Assembly (NCBI GenBank): GCA_030432925.1
Contig: JAUILT010000002.1
Location: 956-64,955, forward strand
Source: Bdellovibrionia bacterium
Lineage (GTDB): Bacteria; Bdellovibrionota; Bdellovibrionia; Bdellovibrionales; UBA1609
Length of the DNA: 64,000 bases
Direction of reading: 5' to 3'
Part shown: in pieces, positions 36,785 through 46,902 of the stretch
Position numbering within the stretch: position 1 is the stretch's first letter
How the letters are laid out: the number at the start of each line of letters is the position of its first letter
Program-made: the position numbers and the translations under genes
Notes under the pieces: generated by a model
The model's database searches: none
Seen by the model: only the letters and a program-made list of their open reading frames with translations
Told to the model about the DNA's origin: nothing

Positions 36785-37401
36785 AAAAGTGGAGAGGAGG
36801 GCTGACGTTTGTGGTGATTTGTGCCGTGGCATGGTGGCTCTGGCCCGAAATTTATGAAGGCCCCTCTGACAGTGTTGAGGGGGTCGTGGAAGCCAAAGAT
36901 ATTCGAGCATTCACTCCGTCAACTCTTAGTGTTAATGCAGATGTACAGGTGGATGTATCTGTAGAGTCTAAGGCCACGAGTTCAGAAGATGCCATTGTTG
37001 AGGGAGTGAACCCTCAGAAGGACCATCCACCTTCAGAAAGTTCTTCACCTGATTTTAAGGCTCGAGAGTTTACTGTTCCCGACAAGTATCCGGGACATAA
37101 TCTGGAAGTCTTTGAAGAAAAAAAAGTGGAGTTTTTGATTCAAGAATTAAAATTGCTTCCAGCAGATGCTGAGGAAGTGTCTCGGCGTTATGTGGACTCT
37201 GTCGAAACATCCAATCAGGTAATGCGCAACCGACCTGAAGAGGCCATGATGAAAATGAATCAGATTATTGGTGAGTATGAGAACTGGCTGAAAGGTACTC
37301 TTGGGGAAGACGATTTCTTACGCTACTCTGAATTTGTAGATCTGACCATGAGGGAACTTCAGGAGAGATACCGTAAGCATTATAAAAAGCAAAATCATTA
37401 A
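36781..37401 (+). CDS. hypothetical membrane-anchored protein
   Basis: ATG overlaps the folE stop (ATGA). One N-terminal TM segment, then an acidic, low-complexity region. Confidence 0.45.
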   Translation: MKKWRGGLTFVVICAVAWWLWPEIYEGPSDSVEGVVEAKDIRAFTPSTLSVNADVQVDVSVESKATSSEDAIVEGVNPQKDHPPSESSSPDFKAREFTVPDKYPGHNLEVFEEKKVEFLIQELKLLPADAEEVSRRYVDSVETSNQVMRNRPEEAMMKMNQIIGEYENWLKGTLGEDDFLRYSEFVDLTMRELQERYRKHYKKQNH

Positions 37402-37418
37402 GTTTCGGGTGGTTTGTT

Positions 37419-38210
37419 TTAAATTTCACAGCTAAGTGATAGGCCAAAAAAATGCTGATGGGGTTGGCCTCGGGTTTTGACCAGTGAGGATTGGGCAATT
37501 GGCTTTTGTAGCTCTCGGTAATTGGCGATAAATATGACAGACCAAATTTTTGCAAAGGGCATAATTGTTACGGAAGACCCACCGATGGAGCGAACTCCAG
37601 ATTTGGCTGTGTACTGAGCTAATCCAGAGCGGGAGGATTGCTCTGCCGTCACTCCAAAATAAGTATTCATAAACTCTTTGGAGGCATGGCGGATACCGTA
37701 GTTGAACTTTTGGATCACTGGTCCCATTTTCAGTCCCACGGAAACTCTTGCATTAGTAAGTAACCCCTTATGTCCTCCAGAGCCCTGTCTGGCTTCAAAG
37801 CGGGCACTGAGAAATGGAAGTGGTTTAAGTATAAAAAAACCTCCGGCCTCAGCAGCACCGTCCACATCTCCTAAGCCTTTCAGATCTGAGGTTTTTCCTG
37901 AAACCTGAAACGGGTTAGGTTCGTTGCCTTCATTACGGGGAAATTTGTAACGAATAATGGGGCCCAGCTCTAAAAAACTCCAAGGTTGAAGCTTCAGGCC
38001 CAGACCCTCTCCCACAGACATAAAAAAAGTTCGACCATATTTGAGTCGAAGGTCAGGGACAATAGCCAATCCATATTCATTGTCTCCTTCATACAGCGGG
38101 TTATTGATAGCTGTGATACCAAGACCAACCCTCCAGCCCTTTGCAGGTGATTTTTGTGCATGGCTCACATTCGAGTAAAGAAAAAGTAGCAACGTGAAAG
38201 TCAGAGACAT
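37419..38210 (-). CDS. mipA: MipA/OmpV-family outer-membrane protein
   Basis: Signal peptide MSLTFTLLLFLYSNVSHA and GLGITAINNPLYEGDNEYGLAIVPDLRLKYG, typical of MltA-interacting MipA. ATG at 38210 with GGGAGGA upstream. Confidence 0.7.
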   Translation of the reverse strand: MSLTFTLLLFLYSNVSHAQKSPAKGWRVGLGITAINNPLYEGDNEYGLAIVPDLRLKYGRTFFMSVGEGLGLKLQPWSFLELGPIIRYKFPRNEGNEPNPFQVSGKTSDLKGLGDVDGAAEAGGFFILKPLPFLSARFEARQGSGGHKGLLTNARVSVGLKMGPVIQKFNYGIRHASKEFMNTYFGVTAEQSSRSGLAQYTAKSGVRSIGGSSVTIMPFAKIWSVIFIANYRELQKPIAQSSLVKTRGQPHQHFFGLSLSCEI

Positions 38211-38257
38211 AGAGAGTCCTCCCTGTGATCCCATAAGATAACAAAATCTGAAGTCAT

Positions 38258-38276
38258 TTCAAACCAGATCGGTATA
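38258..38276. repeat. 19-nt motif TTCAAACCAGATCGGTATA (copy 1)
   Basis: Exact copy of 57821-57839. Related half-sites form an 11-bp inverted repeat (TACCGATCCAG / CTGGATTGGTA) at about 38309-38339. Confidence 0.6.
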
Positions 38277-38394
38277 TATGAGAAGTTGACGGATTAGGAG
38301 TGTGTCAGTTCTACTACCTGTACCGATCCAGAAAATTCCAACTGGATTGGTATAAGTAGTACGAGGTTTTTAACGCCGAGCAAAGGGGAGTCGC

Positions 38395-39996
38395 ATGGAC
38401 AGCCAGCCCAAAGAATCATGGATAGAGACCATAAATCAATTTCGAAGACCCTCTGTCATAACAATGCTGTTTCTAGGGTTTTCTGCGGGGCTTCCAATTC
38501 TTCTGGTATTTTCTTCGCTCTCCATTTGGTTGATGGAAGTGGGAGTGAAAAAGTCTTCAGTGACTTTTTTCAGTTGGGCGGCGTTGGCGTACTCTTTTAA
38601 ATTTATCTGGGCTCCATTGGTGGATCGGTTTCCCTTGCCAATTCTTAGTGGGTTGTTGGGTCGGAGACGATCATGGATTATCTTTTCTCAGCTATTTATT
38701 ATCACAGCGTTGCTTGGCATGGCTTTTACAGGGCCCAGGTCTCTGGAGTCGTCGTTGACAGTAATGGCATTATTTACGGTGCTACTGGGATTCTTCTCCG
38801 CCACTCAGGATATTGTTATTGATGCTTACCGCATCGAATCTGACTCAGCAGATATGCAGGCCTTGTTATCATCCACATACATGATTGGCTATAGAGTGGG
38901 AATGCTGCTCGCCGGTGCGGGGGCCTTGTTTTTGGCCACAGCATTTGGCGCTGTTGAAGGGCAGCCTTACAATTATTCAGCATGGATGTGGACGTACATT
39001 GTAATGGCTGCCTCAATGTTAGTAGGTGTGGGAACAGTTCTTGTTGTTAAAGAACCAAATGTGGATCGAACTGATGAGCATTATTGGGCCAATTCTGATT
39101 ATGCAAGATTTTTGATTCTATTTCTTATTGGTGCTTCGGTATTTGCCAGCTCTTTCTTTGGTGGAGTTCAGTCTTTTAAAGGTGTGGAAGAAGTCCTGGG
39201 ACAAGGGCTTGGAAAAAATCTTGGAGGATTTGTTTTTGAGTGCTTGAGGTTTGGTGGCTCAGTTTTGGTGGCTGTTTTGGTTGTTAAATTTCTGATCAAG
39301 TTGCAAATGGTCAAACGTAAAATGGTGGATGATATTTATGTGGAGCCAATCAAAGATTTTTTTACCAGATATGGTCAAGTGACAGCCTTGATACTTCTGA
39401 GTTTGATAGGGCTATATAGAATTTCAGATATTGTTCTTGGTGTGATCTCCAATGTTTTTTATGTAGATCTGGGATTTACCAAAAATGAAATTGGAACAGT
39501 GGTAAAGACATTTGGATTATTTATGTCTATTTTGGGTGCACTGATTGGTGGCGTTTTCACTGTCCGATATGGAGTGATTCGAATGTTGTGGTGGGGTGCT
39601 ATTTTATCAGCGGGAACAAACCTGCTATTTTTACTCCTTTCACAGATGGGTCATAGCTTACCGATGTTTTACTTGGTGATTTCAGCTGATAATCTAGCAG
39701 CTGGTTTAGCTAGTGCTGCATTTATTGCATTTCTCTCGAGCCTGACGAACGTTTCTTTTACGGCGACTCAGTATGCAATCTTCTCTTCATTGATGACCTT
39801 GATGCCAAAGGTTATTGGTGGATATTCTGGAACTATATCGACAGCCATTGGTTATAATGGTTTCTTTTTGCTGACGACTTTGATGGGACTGCCTGTCTTA
39901 TTTTTAGTTTGGTTGGCTGGTCGCTACTTGGAGTTAAAAGAGCACAAAAAAACTCCTGAAAAGGTCAGAGACTCTGGAGTTCCAGCCAATGCCTGA
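38395..39996 (+). CDS. ampG: AmpG-family muropeptide MFS transporter
   Basis: LGFSAGLP..., GRRRSWIIFSQL and WAPLVDRF are AmpG-type motifs. About 14 TM segments, 533 aa. Confidence 0.8.
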   Translation: MDSQPKESWIETINQFRRPSVITMLFLGFSAGLPILLVFSSLSIWLMEVGVKKSSVTFFSWAALAYSFKFIWAPLVDRFPLPILSGLLGRRRSWIIFSQLFIITALLGMAFTGPRSLESSLTVMALFTVLLGFFSATQDIVIDAYRIESDSADMQALLSSTYMIGYRVGMLLAGAGALFLATAFGAVEGQPYNYSAWMWTYIVMAASMLVGVGTVLVVKEPNVDRTDEHYWANSDYARFLILFLIGASVFASSFFGGVQSFKGVEEVLGQGLGKNLGGFVFECLRFGGSVLVAVLVVKFLIKLQMVKRKMVDDIYVEPIKDFFTRYGQVTALILLSLIGLYRISDIVLGVISNVFYVDLGFTKNEIGTVVKTFGLFMSILGALIGGVFTVRYGVIRMLWWGAILSAGTNLLFLLLSQMGHSLPMFYLVISADNLAAGLASAAFIAFLSSLTNVSFTATQYAIFSSLMTLMPKVIGGYSGTISTAIGYNGFFLLTTLMGLPVLFLVWLAGRYLELKEHKKTPEKVRDSGVPANA

Positions 39997-40046
39997 GGAC
40001 TTGAGGGCTGGAGTCTGATTTTCAATTCAGGTCGAATGGGTGCTCT

Positions 40047-41081
40047 TTATTTGAACTCGGTCAGCATCTCATTGAGTTGCTCTTGATTCAATCGCAATTG
40101 ACTTTCAGGCAATGCTGCCAGAGGCAAATCCGGAAGATTCAAGACGTCAATAAAGCTTTTACTGCTTTGCTCAAAGTAAAAAAGTCCAGTAAGGATTTCC
40201 CCATTATCTCGAGCTTGATGCAAAAGCTCTATAGCGCGGGATCTATTTTTTAAGTCATGCTCTCTGGAGTTTAGTTTCTTCAAAATCAAATGGCTGCCAT
40301 CTGCCAATTCTACATTCTGGGTGGTACCTTCTTCGTAGTCGACTTGGATTTCTTCCTGGGGCTGAACAAATCCTAGCTCTTGTAACTGAACCAAATGCTC
40401 TTTGACAGCATTAAAGCTTTTTGTAGAGCCATCATGATTAGCAAAGGTAATACAGGGTGAGATAACATCAATCACTGCAGTTCCGTTGTGTCTCAGGGCT
40501 GCATCTAAAAGTGGAACTAGTTGTTTGGCATCGCCAGAAAAACTGCGAGCAACAAAGTCACACCCTAGGTCAATGGCCAAAGAACAAAGGTCCATGGCCA
40601 CGAAGGGGTTCTTTTCGCCAGATTTCATTTTTGTATTCAAATCAGCGGTGGCAGAAAACTGTCCTTTTGTAAGTCCATAAACTCCATTGTTCTCAATAAT
40701 ATAAACAATGGGCAGGTTGCGGCGGATCATATGGGCAAAGCCACCCATGCCAATGCTAGCGGTGTCTCCGTCTCCAGAAATACCCAGTGCTGTCAGAGTG
40801 GGGTTCACTGATTTTACACCAGTGGCCAGAGGGGCCATGCGTCCATGAATGGAGTTGAATCCATGGCTGCGATCTAAAAAGTATGTGGGTGTTTTTGAGG
40901 AGCATCCAATACCTGAGAGCTTGGCCACTTTATAGGGATTTAATCCCGATTGAAATAAGGACGTTACTAGGTGGCCCGTGATACTGTCATGTCCGCAGCC
41001 TGTGCACAGGGTGGATCTGGAGCCCAGATAGTCTTTTTTGGTCAGCCCCAGAGAATTTGTTTTGACAGCTTTTTCACTCAT
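40047..41081 (-). CDS. korB: 2-oxoacid:ferredoxin oxidoreductase, beta (TPP-binding) subunit
   Basis: CTGCGHDSI Cys motif and GDGD..IG / NNGVYGLTKGQ thiamine-PP binding region. 4-nt overlap with the alpha subunit. Confidence 0.85.
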   Translation of the reverse strand: MSEKAVKTNSLGLTKKDYLGSRSTLCTGCGHDSITGHLVTSLFQSGLNPYKVAKLSGIGCSSKTPTYFLDRSHGFNSIHGRMAPLATGVKSVNPTLTALGISGDGDTASIGMGGFAHMIRRNLPIVYIIENNGVYGLTKGQFSATADLNTKMKSGEKNPFVAMDLCSLAIDLGCDFVARSFSGDAKQLVPLLDAALRHNGTAVIDVISPCITFANHDGSTKSFNAVKEHLVQLQELGFVQPQEEIQVDYEEGTTQNVELADGSHLILKKLNSREHDLKNRSRAIELLHQARDNGEILTGLFYFEQSSKSFIDVLNLPDLPLAALPESQLRLNQEQLNEMLTEFK

Positions 41082-42871
41082 TGTAGATCCACCTTAGCGA
41101 GAACTTGTTGATGGAGTTCGTGGGCATCCAACGGCAGACCGTCATATTGGTGAATACCCACCAGTTTATGACAGACCGAAGGAAATTCCATTCCCAAAAT
41201 AGTTTTCATTTGGTGATCTCGGTTTTGGTCCACCACCAGGATTACTTTATGTCGATCAATAAAATTTCTGACGTCTTTGTGAAAGGGCAGGGCCTTTACT
41301 CGACAAGTGCTAACCTCCAAAGAGTCTTCCTTTAGTAGTGCTTTGGTCTCACGCATAGCCTCCCAAGTGGAACCATAATAAATGATACCCAGTTTATCAG
41401 AACTGGAGTTTTCTATTTCTGGGGCCGGTACCAGGGTTTTCGCTGTTTCCCACTTTTTGAGTAGTCGGTTCATGTTGGCTTTATATTGGATATTGTTTTC
41501 TGAGTACTTGGCATTGTCGTCGTGGCTGGTACCTCGGGTAAAGTAAGCCGCCAAAGGATGCTCTGTACCCGGAAGAGTTCTGTAAGTGATCCCATCACCG
41601 TCAGAATCTTTGTAGCGTGCGAAGCTCTCCATACTTTCAAGGTCTTTTGTTGTTAGCACCTTTCCTCGATTAAAATGGGTGGTGTCTACTTCAAACCGAT
41701 CCACAATATGTTGATTCATTCCAATGTCTAGGTCTGAAAGTACAATGACTAGAGTCTGCAGCTGCTCCGCTAGGTCAAAGGCTCTCGGAGCTAAATCAAA
41801 ACACTCTTTAGGGTGTGCGGGAAGTAGTACTATGTGCCGAGTGTCTCCATGGGATAAGGTGTAGGCAGAGAGCAGATCCCCTTGCATGGTTCTGGTAGGA
41901 AGTCCTGTACTTGGGCCCACTCGTTGTACATCCCAGATCACGGCGGGAATTTCTGCAAAGTAGGACAGCCCGGCAGCTTCTGCCATGAGTGAAAGCCCTG
42001 GGCCACTGGTGGCTGTCATGGCACGGGCTCCGGCCCAGCCGGCCCCGATCACCATACAGATGGAAGAGAGCTCGTCTTCGCCTTGAACAACAGCAAAGTT
42101 TTTTTGGCCTTTGCTGTTGATGCGATATTTGCCGGCATAGCTTTCAAACCGTTCAATCAATGATGAGGAGGGGGTGATAGGGTACCAGGCAGCAAAGGTG
42201 CATCCAGCTTGCAAAAGACCCATAGCTCCAGCTGAGTTTCCGTCGATCAGTAGTTTATTGTCATTGGCCCCAGGAATGGGGCGAGCTTTATAGGCAAAGC
42301 TGCTCACATCAAAGTTTTCATTAGCGTAAGTCCGACCGGCATCAATGGCGTCTAAGTTAGAGTCCACAACTTTGAATTTATTGGAGAACATGTCTTTTAC
42401 TACAGATTTTACCACGTCTTCAGGGATATCCAGCAATTGCGATACAATTCCGGCGTAGACCATATTAGTCAGAAGTTTTCGGAGTTTCACACTATCTGAC
42501 AGTGGAGTGACGATTTTTCTGAAAGGGACTCCGTAGGAGGTTACGTCCTTGCGAATCAGCTCTTCGACTAACTTGAGATCTGAGTTGTAAACGAGACAAC
42601 CCCCGCTCTTCAAGGACTTTTGGTCCTCTAGAAACGTAGTCTGATTCATGGCCACCACAATATCGTTGTGTGGGAGGCGTGAGGTGAAACCTTTTTCATC
42701 TACGCGAATGGTGTACCAGGTAGGGAGCCCAGCAATATTGGAGGGGAACATGTTTTTTCCCCCAACAGGCAGCCCCATACGAAACAGTGATTTGACCAGA
42801 ACATTGTTAGAGGATTGGCTTCCGCTTCCGTTAATAGTAGCAACATTTAGAGAAAAACTATGAGTGCTCAT
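41078..42871 (-). CDS. korA: 2-oxoacid:ferredoxin oxidoreductase, fused gamma/alpha subunit
   Basis: N-terminal gamma-type domain (NGSGSQSSN...) followed by the alpha domain (AWYPITPSS). ATG at 42871 (MSTHSF...). The longer track ORF would overlap plsC. Confidence 0.85.
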   Translation of the reverse strand: MSTHSFSLNVATINGSGSQSSNNVLVKSLFRMGLPVGGKNMFPSNIAGLPTWYTIRVDEKGFTSRLPHNDIVVAMNQTTFLEDQKSLKSGGCLVYNSDLKLVEELIRKDVTSYGVPFRKIVTPLSDSVKLRKLLTNMVYAGIVSQLLDIPEDVVKSVVKDMFSNKFKVVDSNLDAIDAGRTYANENFDVSSFAYKARPIPGANDNKLLIDGNSAGAMGLLQAGCTFAAWYPITPSSSLIERFESYAGKYRINSKGQKNFAVVQGEDELSSICMVIGAGWAGARAMTATSGPGLSLMAEAAGLSYFAEIPAVIWDVQRVGPSTGLPTRTMQGDLLSAYTLSHGDTRHIVLLPAHPKECFDLAPRAFDLAEQLQTLVIVLSDLDIGMNQHIVDRFEVDTTHFNRGKVLTTKDLESMESFARYKDSDGDGITYRTLPGTEHPLAAYFTRGTSHDDNAKYSENNIQYKANMNRLLKKWETAKTLVPAPEIENSSSDKLGIIYYGSTWEAMRETKALLKEDSLEVSTCRVKALPFHKDVRNFIDRHKVILVVDQNRDHQMKTILGMEFPSVCHKLVGIHQYDGLPLDAHELHQQVLAKVDLQ

Positions 42872-42926
42872 AACCAAGGGAACTACCATAGAATTGAGAG
42901 CACGAATACAAAAAAATACGACGTAT

Positions 42927-43643
42927 CTATTTGTAGGCGTCAGGGTTAATAGATAGAACCCACTTTTTATAGGAGGCATAGAGTTCATCCACTGGAGCGG
43001 GCTCATGAACTGGTCCAATATGAATGATCAGGTTGCCAGGTAAGGGAACTGAGCGGCCTTTAGGCATTAATTTGGCATTGCCCTCGAGATAGAGAAATAA
43101 AATAGGAGTGTCTGTTCTTTCGGCAAACAGACTAACCCCTCGCTTGAATTGTTGAATGTAGCCATCTTTGGAGCGAGTTCCCTCTGGAAACAGCACCATC
43201 CAGATACGAGGTAGTGTTTTCAAAAGTGTGGTGCACAGCTTGATGGCCTCTCCCTTCTTGTCTTTTCGATCAATGGGAATAGCCCCTAGGCAGTGTTTAG
43301 AAAAAAATGTGAATACCGGATTGCGGAACCAATAGTCCTTGGCTGCTGACAAATAAAGGGCTGTCCAGTACTTAAAGGGAATGGCTGCGGCAATAGAGAC
43401 GGCGTCAAGATGGCTAGCGTGGTTAGAGATCACAATCAGACGAGGGTTTTCTTGCCAGATTTTATTGAAATCTCCTTTGACCTTCAGCCGAATATAAACC
43501 GTAAAAGTGAACTTTAGGAATAAGGCCCAAAGAATTCTGAAGAACACACTGGTCAGGTCGTAATGACGGGTGAAAAGTGGCAGGTGTTTTAGGTGGTAGG
43601 GAAGCGAGGCCCACTGTTCGTTTTCATAGTTCCAGTCCTTCAC
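42927..43643 (-). CDS. plsC: 1-acyl-sn-glycerol-3-phosphate acyltransferase
   Basis: NHASHLD (H-x4-D) and FPEGTRS acyltransferase motifs. Confidence 0.85.
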   Translation of the reverse strand: MKDWNYENEQWASLPYHLKHLPLFTRHYDLTSVFFRILWALFLKFTFTVYIRLKVKGDFNKIWQENPRLIVISNHASHLDAVSIAAAIPFKYWTALYLSAAKDYWFRNPVFTFFSKHCLGAIPIDRKDKKGEAIKLCTTLLKTLPRIWMVLFPEGTRSKDGYIQQFKRGVSLFAERTDTPILFLYLEGNAKLMPKGRSVPLPGNLIIHIGPVHEPAPVDELYASYKKWVLSINPDAYK

Positions 43644-44566
43644 TGTTCGCCGACCTTATTGAGAAGGAGAAAGATGTAATAGTACATGGGGCCAACAAAA
43701 ATCAGTTTGTCGGTACGACTGAGGAGGTCTCCTCTGCCAAAAATAAATACCCCGGTGTCTTTAATCCCCAAGTCCCGGCGAATCACTGAAAGTATCAACT
43801 CTCCAAAACGGCCAAAAATAGCTGCTGTAAGCCCGGCAGCTATCCAGAACTGTTCAGAGCGATCGGGTAGTAGATGGCGCATTCCCCAAGCTAGCAATAG
43901 GGAAACAACAATGGAGGCAATCACTCCCTCGACAGTCACTCGTACAGATATTTTACTGAAGGGTTTGACTCTTCCAATGAGACGAGATGTAGATAAGGAG
44001 ACATTCTCAGCGACTTCTGTAAGAATATATAGGTAGATCACTAGGAACACTCCACCCTCTACCATTAGAAGGCGGCCCATGTGTAGGAAGGACCAGCCAA
44101 AGAAGATACAAGCCATCAGTGATAGGGCCATATACTGGACCATGTGGGTGGCGGAGTTACGAAGCAATGGGATTATTGAAATCAAGCCAAGAAACACCAT
44201 AGGGGCCACGTTATAGCCACTGTCGAACTCTTTATAAGTGGCATACCCCAAAGTCATCATGAAGAAATACGTGGCCCATACAAACCAACTCCGATGGTAA
44301 ATACCCACCATTTGAAAAAAAGTTTTGGCACTGAAAATGCCCACAAAGACCAAAAACACCAGTGGCCATGGAGAGGGAAGTGCAAAGACAAACAATAAAA
44401 TAGGAGCTACAAAAAACCAACTCTTGACAGAGGCCCAGGCCGCAGTGAAGTGAGGGCTTTTTTGACGAATGACATAAAGAAAGAGGCCCACCAAAATAAT
44501 AAAGCCAATAGTGAGGGCCGTGGTCTCTTGATAGATCTCGTCGGACCACAGTGCGTATGACGTCAT
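43640..44566 (-). CDS. cdsA: phosphatidate cytidylyltransferase-like (CdsA family, divergent)
   Basis: Polytopic membrane protein. C-terminal SVIRRDLGIKDTGVFIFGRGDLLSRTD resembles the S-x-x-K-R-x4-KD-x-G...G-H-G-G-x-x-D-R signature but is degenerate. Operon with plsC. Confidence 0.55.
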   Translation of the reverse strand: MTSYALWSDEIYQETTALTIGFIILVGLFLYVIRQKSPHFTAAWASVKSWFFVAPILLFVFALPSPWPLVFLVFVGIFSAKTFFQMVGIYHRSWFVWATYFFMMTLGYATYKEFDSGYNVAPMVFLGLISIIPLLRNSATHMVQYMALSLMACIFFGWSFLHMGRLLMVEGGVFLVIYLYILTEVAENVSLSTSRLIGRVKPFSKISVRVTVEGVIASIVVSLLLAWGMRHLLPDRSEQFWIAAGLTAAIFGRFGELILSVIRRDLGIKDTGVFIFGRGDLLSRTDKLIFVGPMYYYIFLLLNKVGEQ

Positions 44567-44676
44567 GATGATTCCTTCCTCAATCCAATTGAAGTGAGCT
44601 TATTTTATGACTTAAGCACTTGGAATATCAAGAGAATAGAAGTACCGTGTGGTTGTTTCACAGGAGATCAAGAGTC

Positions 44677-45885
44677 ATGGGAGCAGTTCAGAAAGTATTG
44701 TTGCTTGAAGGCATTCATATGGGGGCCCAGCAGCGTTTTCAAGAGGCGGGGATTGAAACAGATTTGCTATCTGGGGCTCTTCCAGAGATAGAACTTATAG
44801 AAAAAATTCAAGGCTACACCGTTGTGGGAATTCGTTCAAAGTCCCAGCTCAAGGAGTCCGTTCTCAGTCGGGCTCTTCATTTGAATGCTATTGGAGCTTT
44901 TTGTATTGGTACGAATCAAATTGACCTTAGATATGCCAACTCAATAGGGGTGCCGGTTTTCAATGCCCCTTATAGTAACACCCGAAGTGTGGCAGAGTTG
45001 GTGATCAGTGAGATGATTGCCCTCTCTAGAAATCTGGGAGATATCAACTCTCTCGCACACAAAGGGCAATGGAAAAAGTCTGCTAAGGGCCATCGGGAGG
45101 TGCGTGGTAAAACTCTGGGGATTGTGGGGTATGGGCATATCGGCTCCCAGGTCAGTGTTCTGGCAGAGTCTCTGGGGCTGAATGTTATTTACTATGACAT
45201 TGTTAAGAAATTGCCACTGGGCAATGCCACAGCCATGGAGTCTATGGAAGAGCTACTCATCCATTCAGACTTTGTAACATTACATGTTCCCGAGACAGAT
45301 ATGACCCGCAATATGATTGGGGAGAAGCAACTGGAGAGCATGAAGCCGGCAAGCTATCTGATCAATGCCAGTCGAGGAACTGTTGTTGTCATTGAGGCTC
45401 TTGTGCGATTTTTAAAGTCAGGGCATCTGTCTGGAGCCGCTGTGGATGTCTTTCCCAAAGAGCCAAAGAATAACCAGGAGGCTTTTGAAAGTCCTCTATG
45501 TGGACTGGAAAATGTCTTATTAACTCCTCATATTGGGGGAAGTACAGAGGAGGCCCAGGTAGCTATTGGTCAGGAGGTTTCGGAGAGCTTGATTCGCTAT
45601 CTTCAGATGGGCAGTACCTTTGGAGCTGTGAACTTTCCTCAAGTGGAACCCGGAATCAAGAGTGAAAAGGCCCAGCGGGTGTTGAATGTTCACAAGAACG
45701 TGCCCGGAGTGATGAAAGAGATCAACTCACTGGTTTCTAATGCTGGCGCTAATATTGTATCTCAGCACCTTTCCACTGATGAGAATATTGGTTACTTGGT
45801 TATGGATTTTGAGTCTGAAGGTATTGTTCAGCTGGCCAAGGAGATCGATTCCATGGACTTTTCAATAAAGACCCGTCGGGTTTGA
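44677..45885 (+). CDS. serA: D-3-phosphoglycerate dehydrogenase (with ACT domain)
   Basis: Collinear with my recollection of E. coli SerA (GIPVFNAPYSNTRSVAELV, GIVGYGHIGSQ, LINASRGTVV, LTPHIGGST). ATG at 44677. Confidence 0.9.
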   Translation: MGAVQKVLLLEGIHMGAQQRFQEAGIETDLLSGALPEIELIEKIQGYTVVGIRSKSQLKESVLSRALHLNAIGAFCIGTNQIDLRYANSIGVPVFNAPYSNTRSVAELVISEMIALSRNLGDINSLAHKGQWKKSAKGHREVRGKTLGIVGYGHIGSQVSVLAESLGLNVIYYDIVKKLPLGNATAMESMEELLIHSDFVTLHVPETDMTRNMIGEKQLESMKPASYLINASRGTVVVIEALVRFLKSGHLSGAAVDVFPKEPKNNQEAFESPLCGLENVLLTPHIGGSTEEAQVAIGQEVSESLIRYLQMGSTFGAVNFPQVEPGIKSEKAQRVLNVHKNVPGVMKEINSLVSNAGANIVSQHLSTDENIGYLVMDFESEGIVQLAKEIDSMDFSIKTRRV

Positions 45886-45917
45886 GGTACACCTTTTTGT
45901 ACAGGGAAACATCAGTG

Positions 45918-46799
45918 TTAATGGTAAGGATCCCATAGTGAGGGTTGGTGACTCATAGAGCCCCAGTTTTGTGTGGCATTATTGGGGTCACTTTCTAGAG
46001 AGTGTAAGCTGATGTCAAAATACTGGATCTCACCAGACTTTGTTTTAAAAGGAAAGCAGCCGTCTTTGCTGGCACTCAAGTCAAAACCCGCTCCCCAGTA
46101 TTTGTAACCAGGGTTATTGCGAACGGTATTGAAGCCATCATTCAGTAGTTTGTGAATTTCTACTTTGGCAGGAGGCTTGAGGCTTCCTACAAGATTTCTA
46201 GTATAGTAGCGCCAGCGGAGGAAATCGTCATCTACGAGAACTTTGGTTTTTAGATCCATCATATACAGTTGTTCTGCCGTGTGATACAAAAGTTTTGTAG
46301 CTGGGAACCCAAAGATCTTTTCGTAGCGCAGATGCTGATCTCCCCTAGGAATCTTATTAATGACTTCGTTGTAGTAATTCTCAGGAATGAAAGCATGGGC
46401 ATGTCCCATGTCGGGAAAGAACACATACTGAACATATTCACGTTTCAATCCCTCTTCAATATGCTGTCTGATGGCAATTAAAAAATCACTGGTTAACGTG
46501 ACTTTCTTTCGTTCACCACTGTGCTCATATTGATCCATATAAAATTGATCTGTGATTGGGTCGTAGTAGGCTCGTTTAGGCAGGCGTTTTCCAGAGTTAT
46601 AGATATATTCATAGTGGGCCCCCATTTCTATGATATTGTAACCCCAATGGAAATCATCTCGGTAAACGGCGGGATCATCTTTCAACTCAGGAGCACAACG
46701 CTGTTTAGCCTCTGCCAGGAGAGCATCTTTGGCCAGGGCCATTGGTGATAGTGTAAAGGTCGTCAAAGAAATAATAATAAGTGTTAAAAAAGCTCGCAT
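45918..46799 (-). CDS. hypothetical secreted protein
   Basis: Signal peptide MRAFLTLIIISLTTFTLSPMALA. No recognisable domain. Confidence 0.45.
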   Translation of the reverse strand: MRAFLTLIIISLTTFTLSPMALAKDALLAEAKQRCAPELKDDPAVYRDDFHWGYNIIEMGAHYEYIYNSGKRLPKRAYYDPITDQFYMDQYEHSGERKKVTLTSDFLIAIRQHIEEGLKREYVQYVFFPDMGHAHAFIPENYYNEVINKIPRGDQHLRYEKIFGFPATKLLYHTAEQLYMMDLKTKVLVDDDFLRWRYYTRNLVGSLKPPAKVEIHKLLNDGFNTVRNNPGYKYWGAGFDLSASKDGCFPFKTKSGEIQYFDISLHSLESDPNNATQNWGSMSHQPSLWDPYH

Positions 46800-46902
46800 A
46801 GTTCTCCCCCCAATAGGAAGACTGTAAGAATTCCTAGGAGGAATTAAAACAAGGAATCCTTTTATGAAAAAAGTAGGGTGGTTTTGGAAATTTGTACCAG
46901 TA

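Noticed and set aside
41078-43018. The long 646-aa form of korA starting at 43018.
   Set aside because: The first 49 codons overlap the 3' end of plsC and look non-coding. The gamma-domain consensus begins at MSTHSF (ATG 42871).
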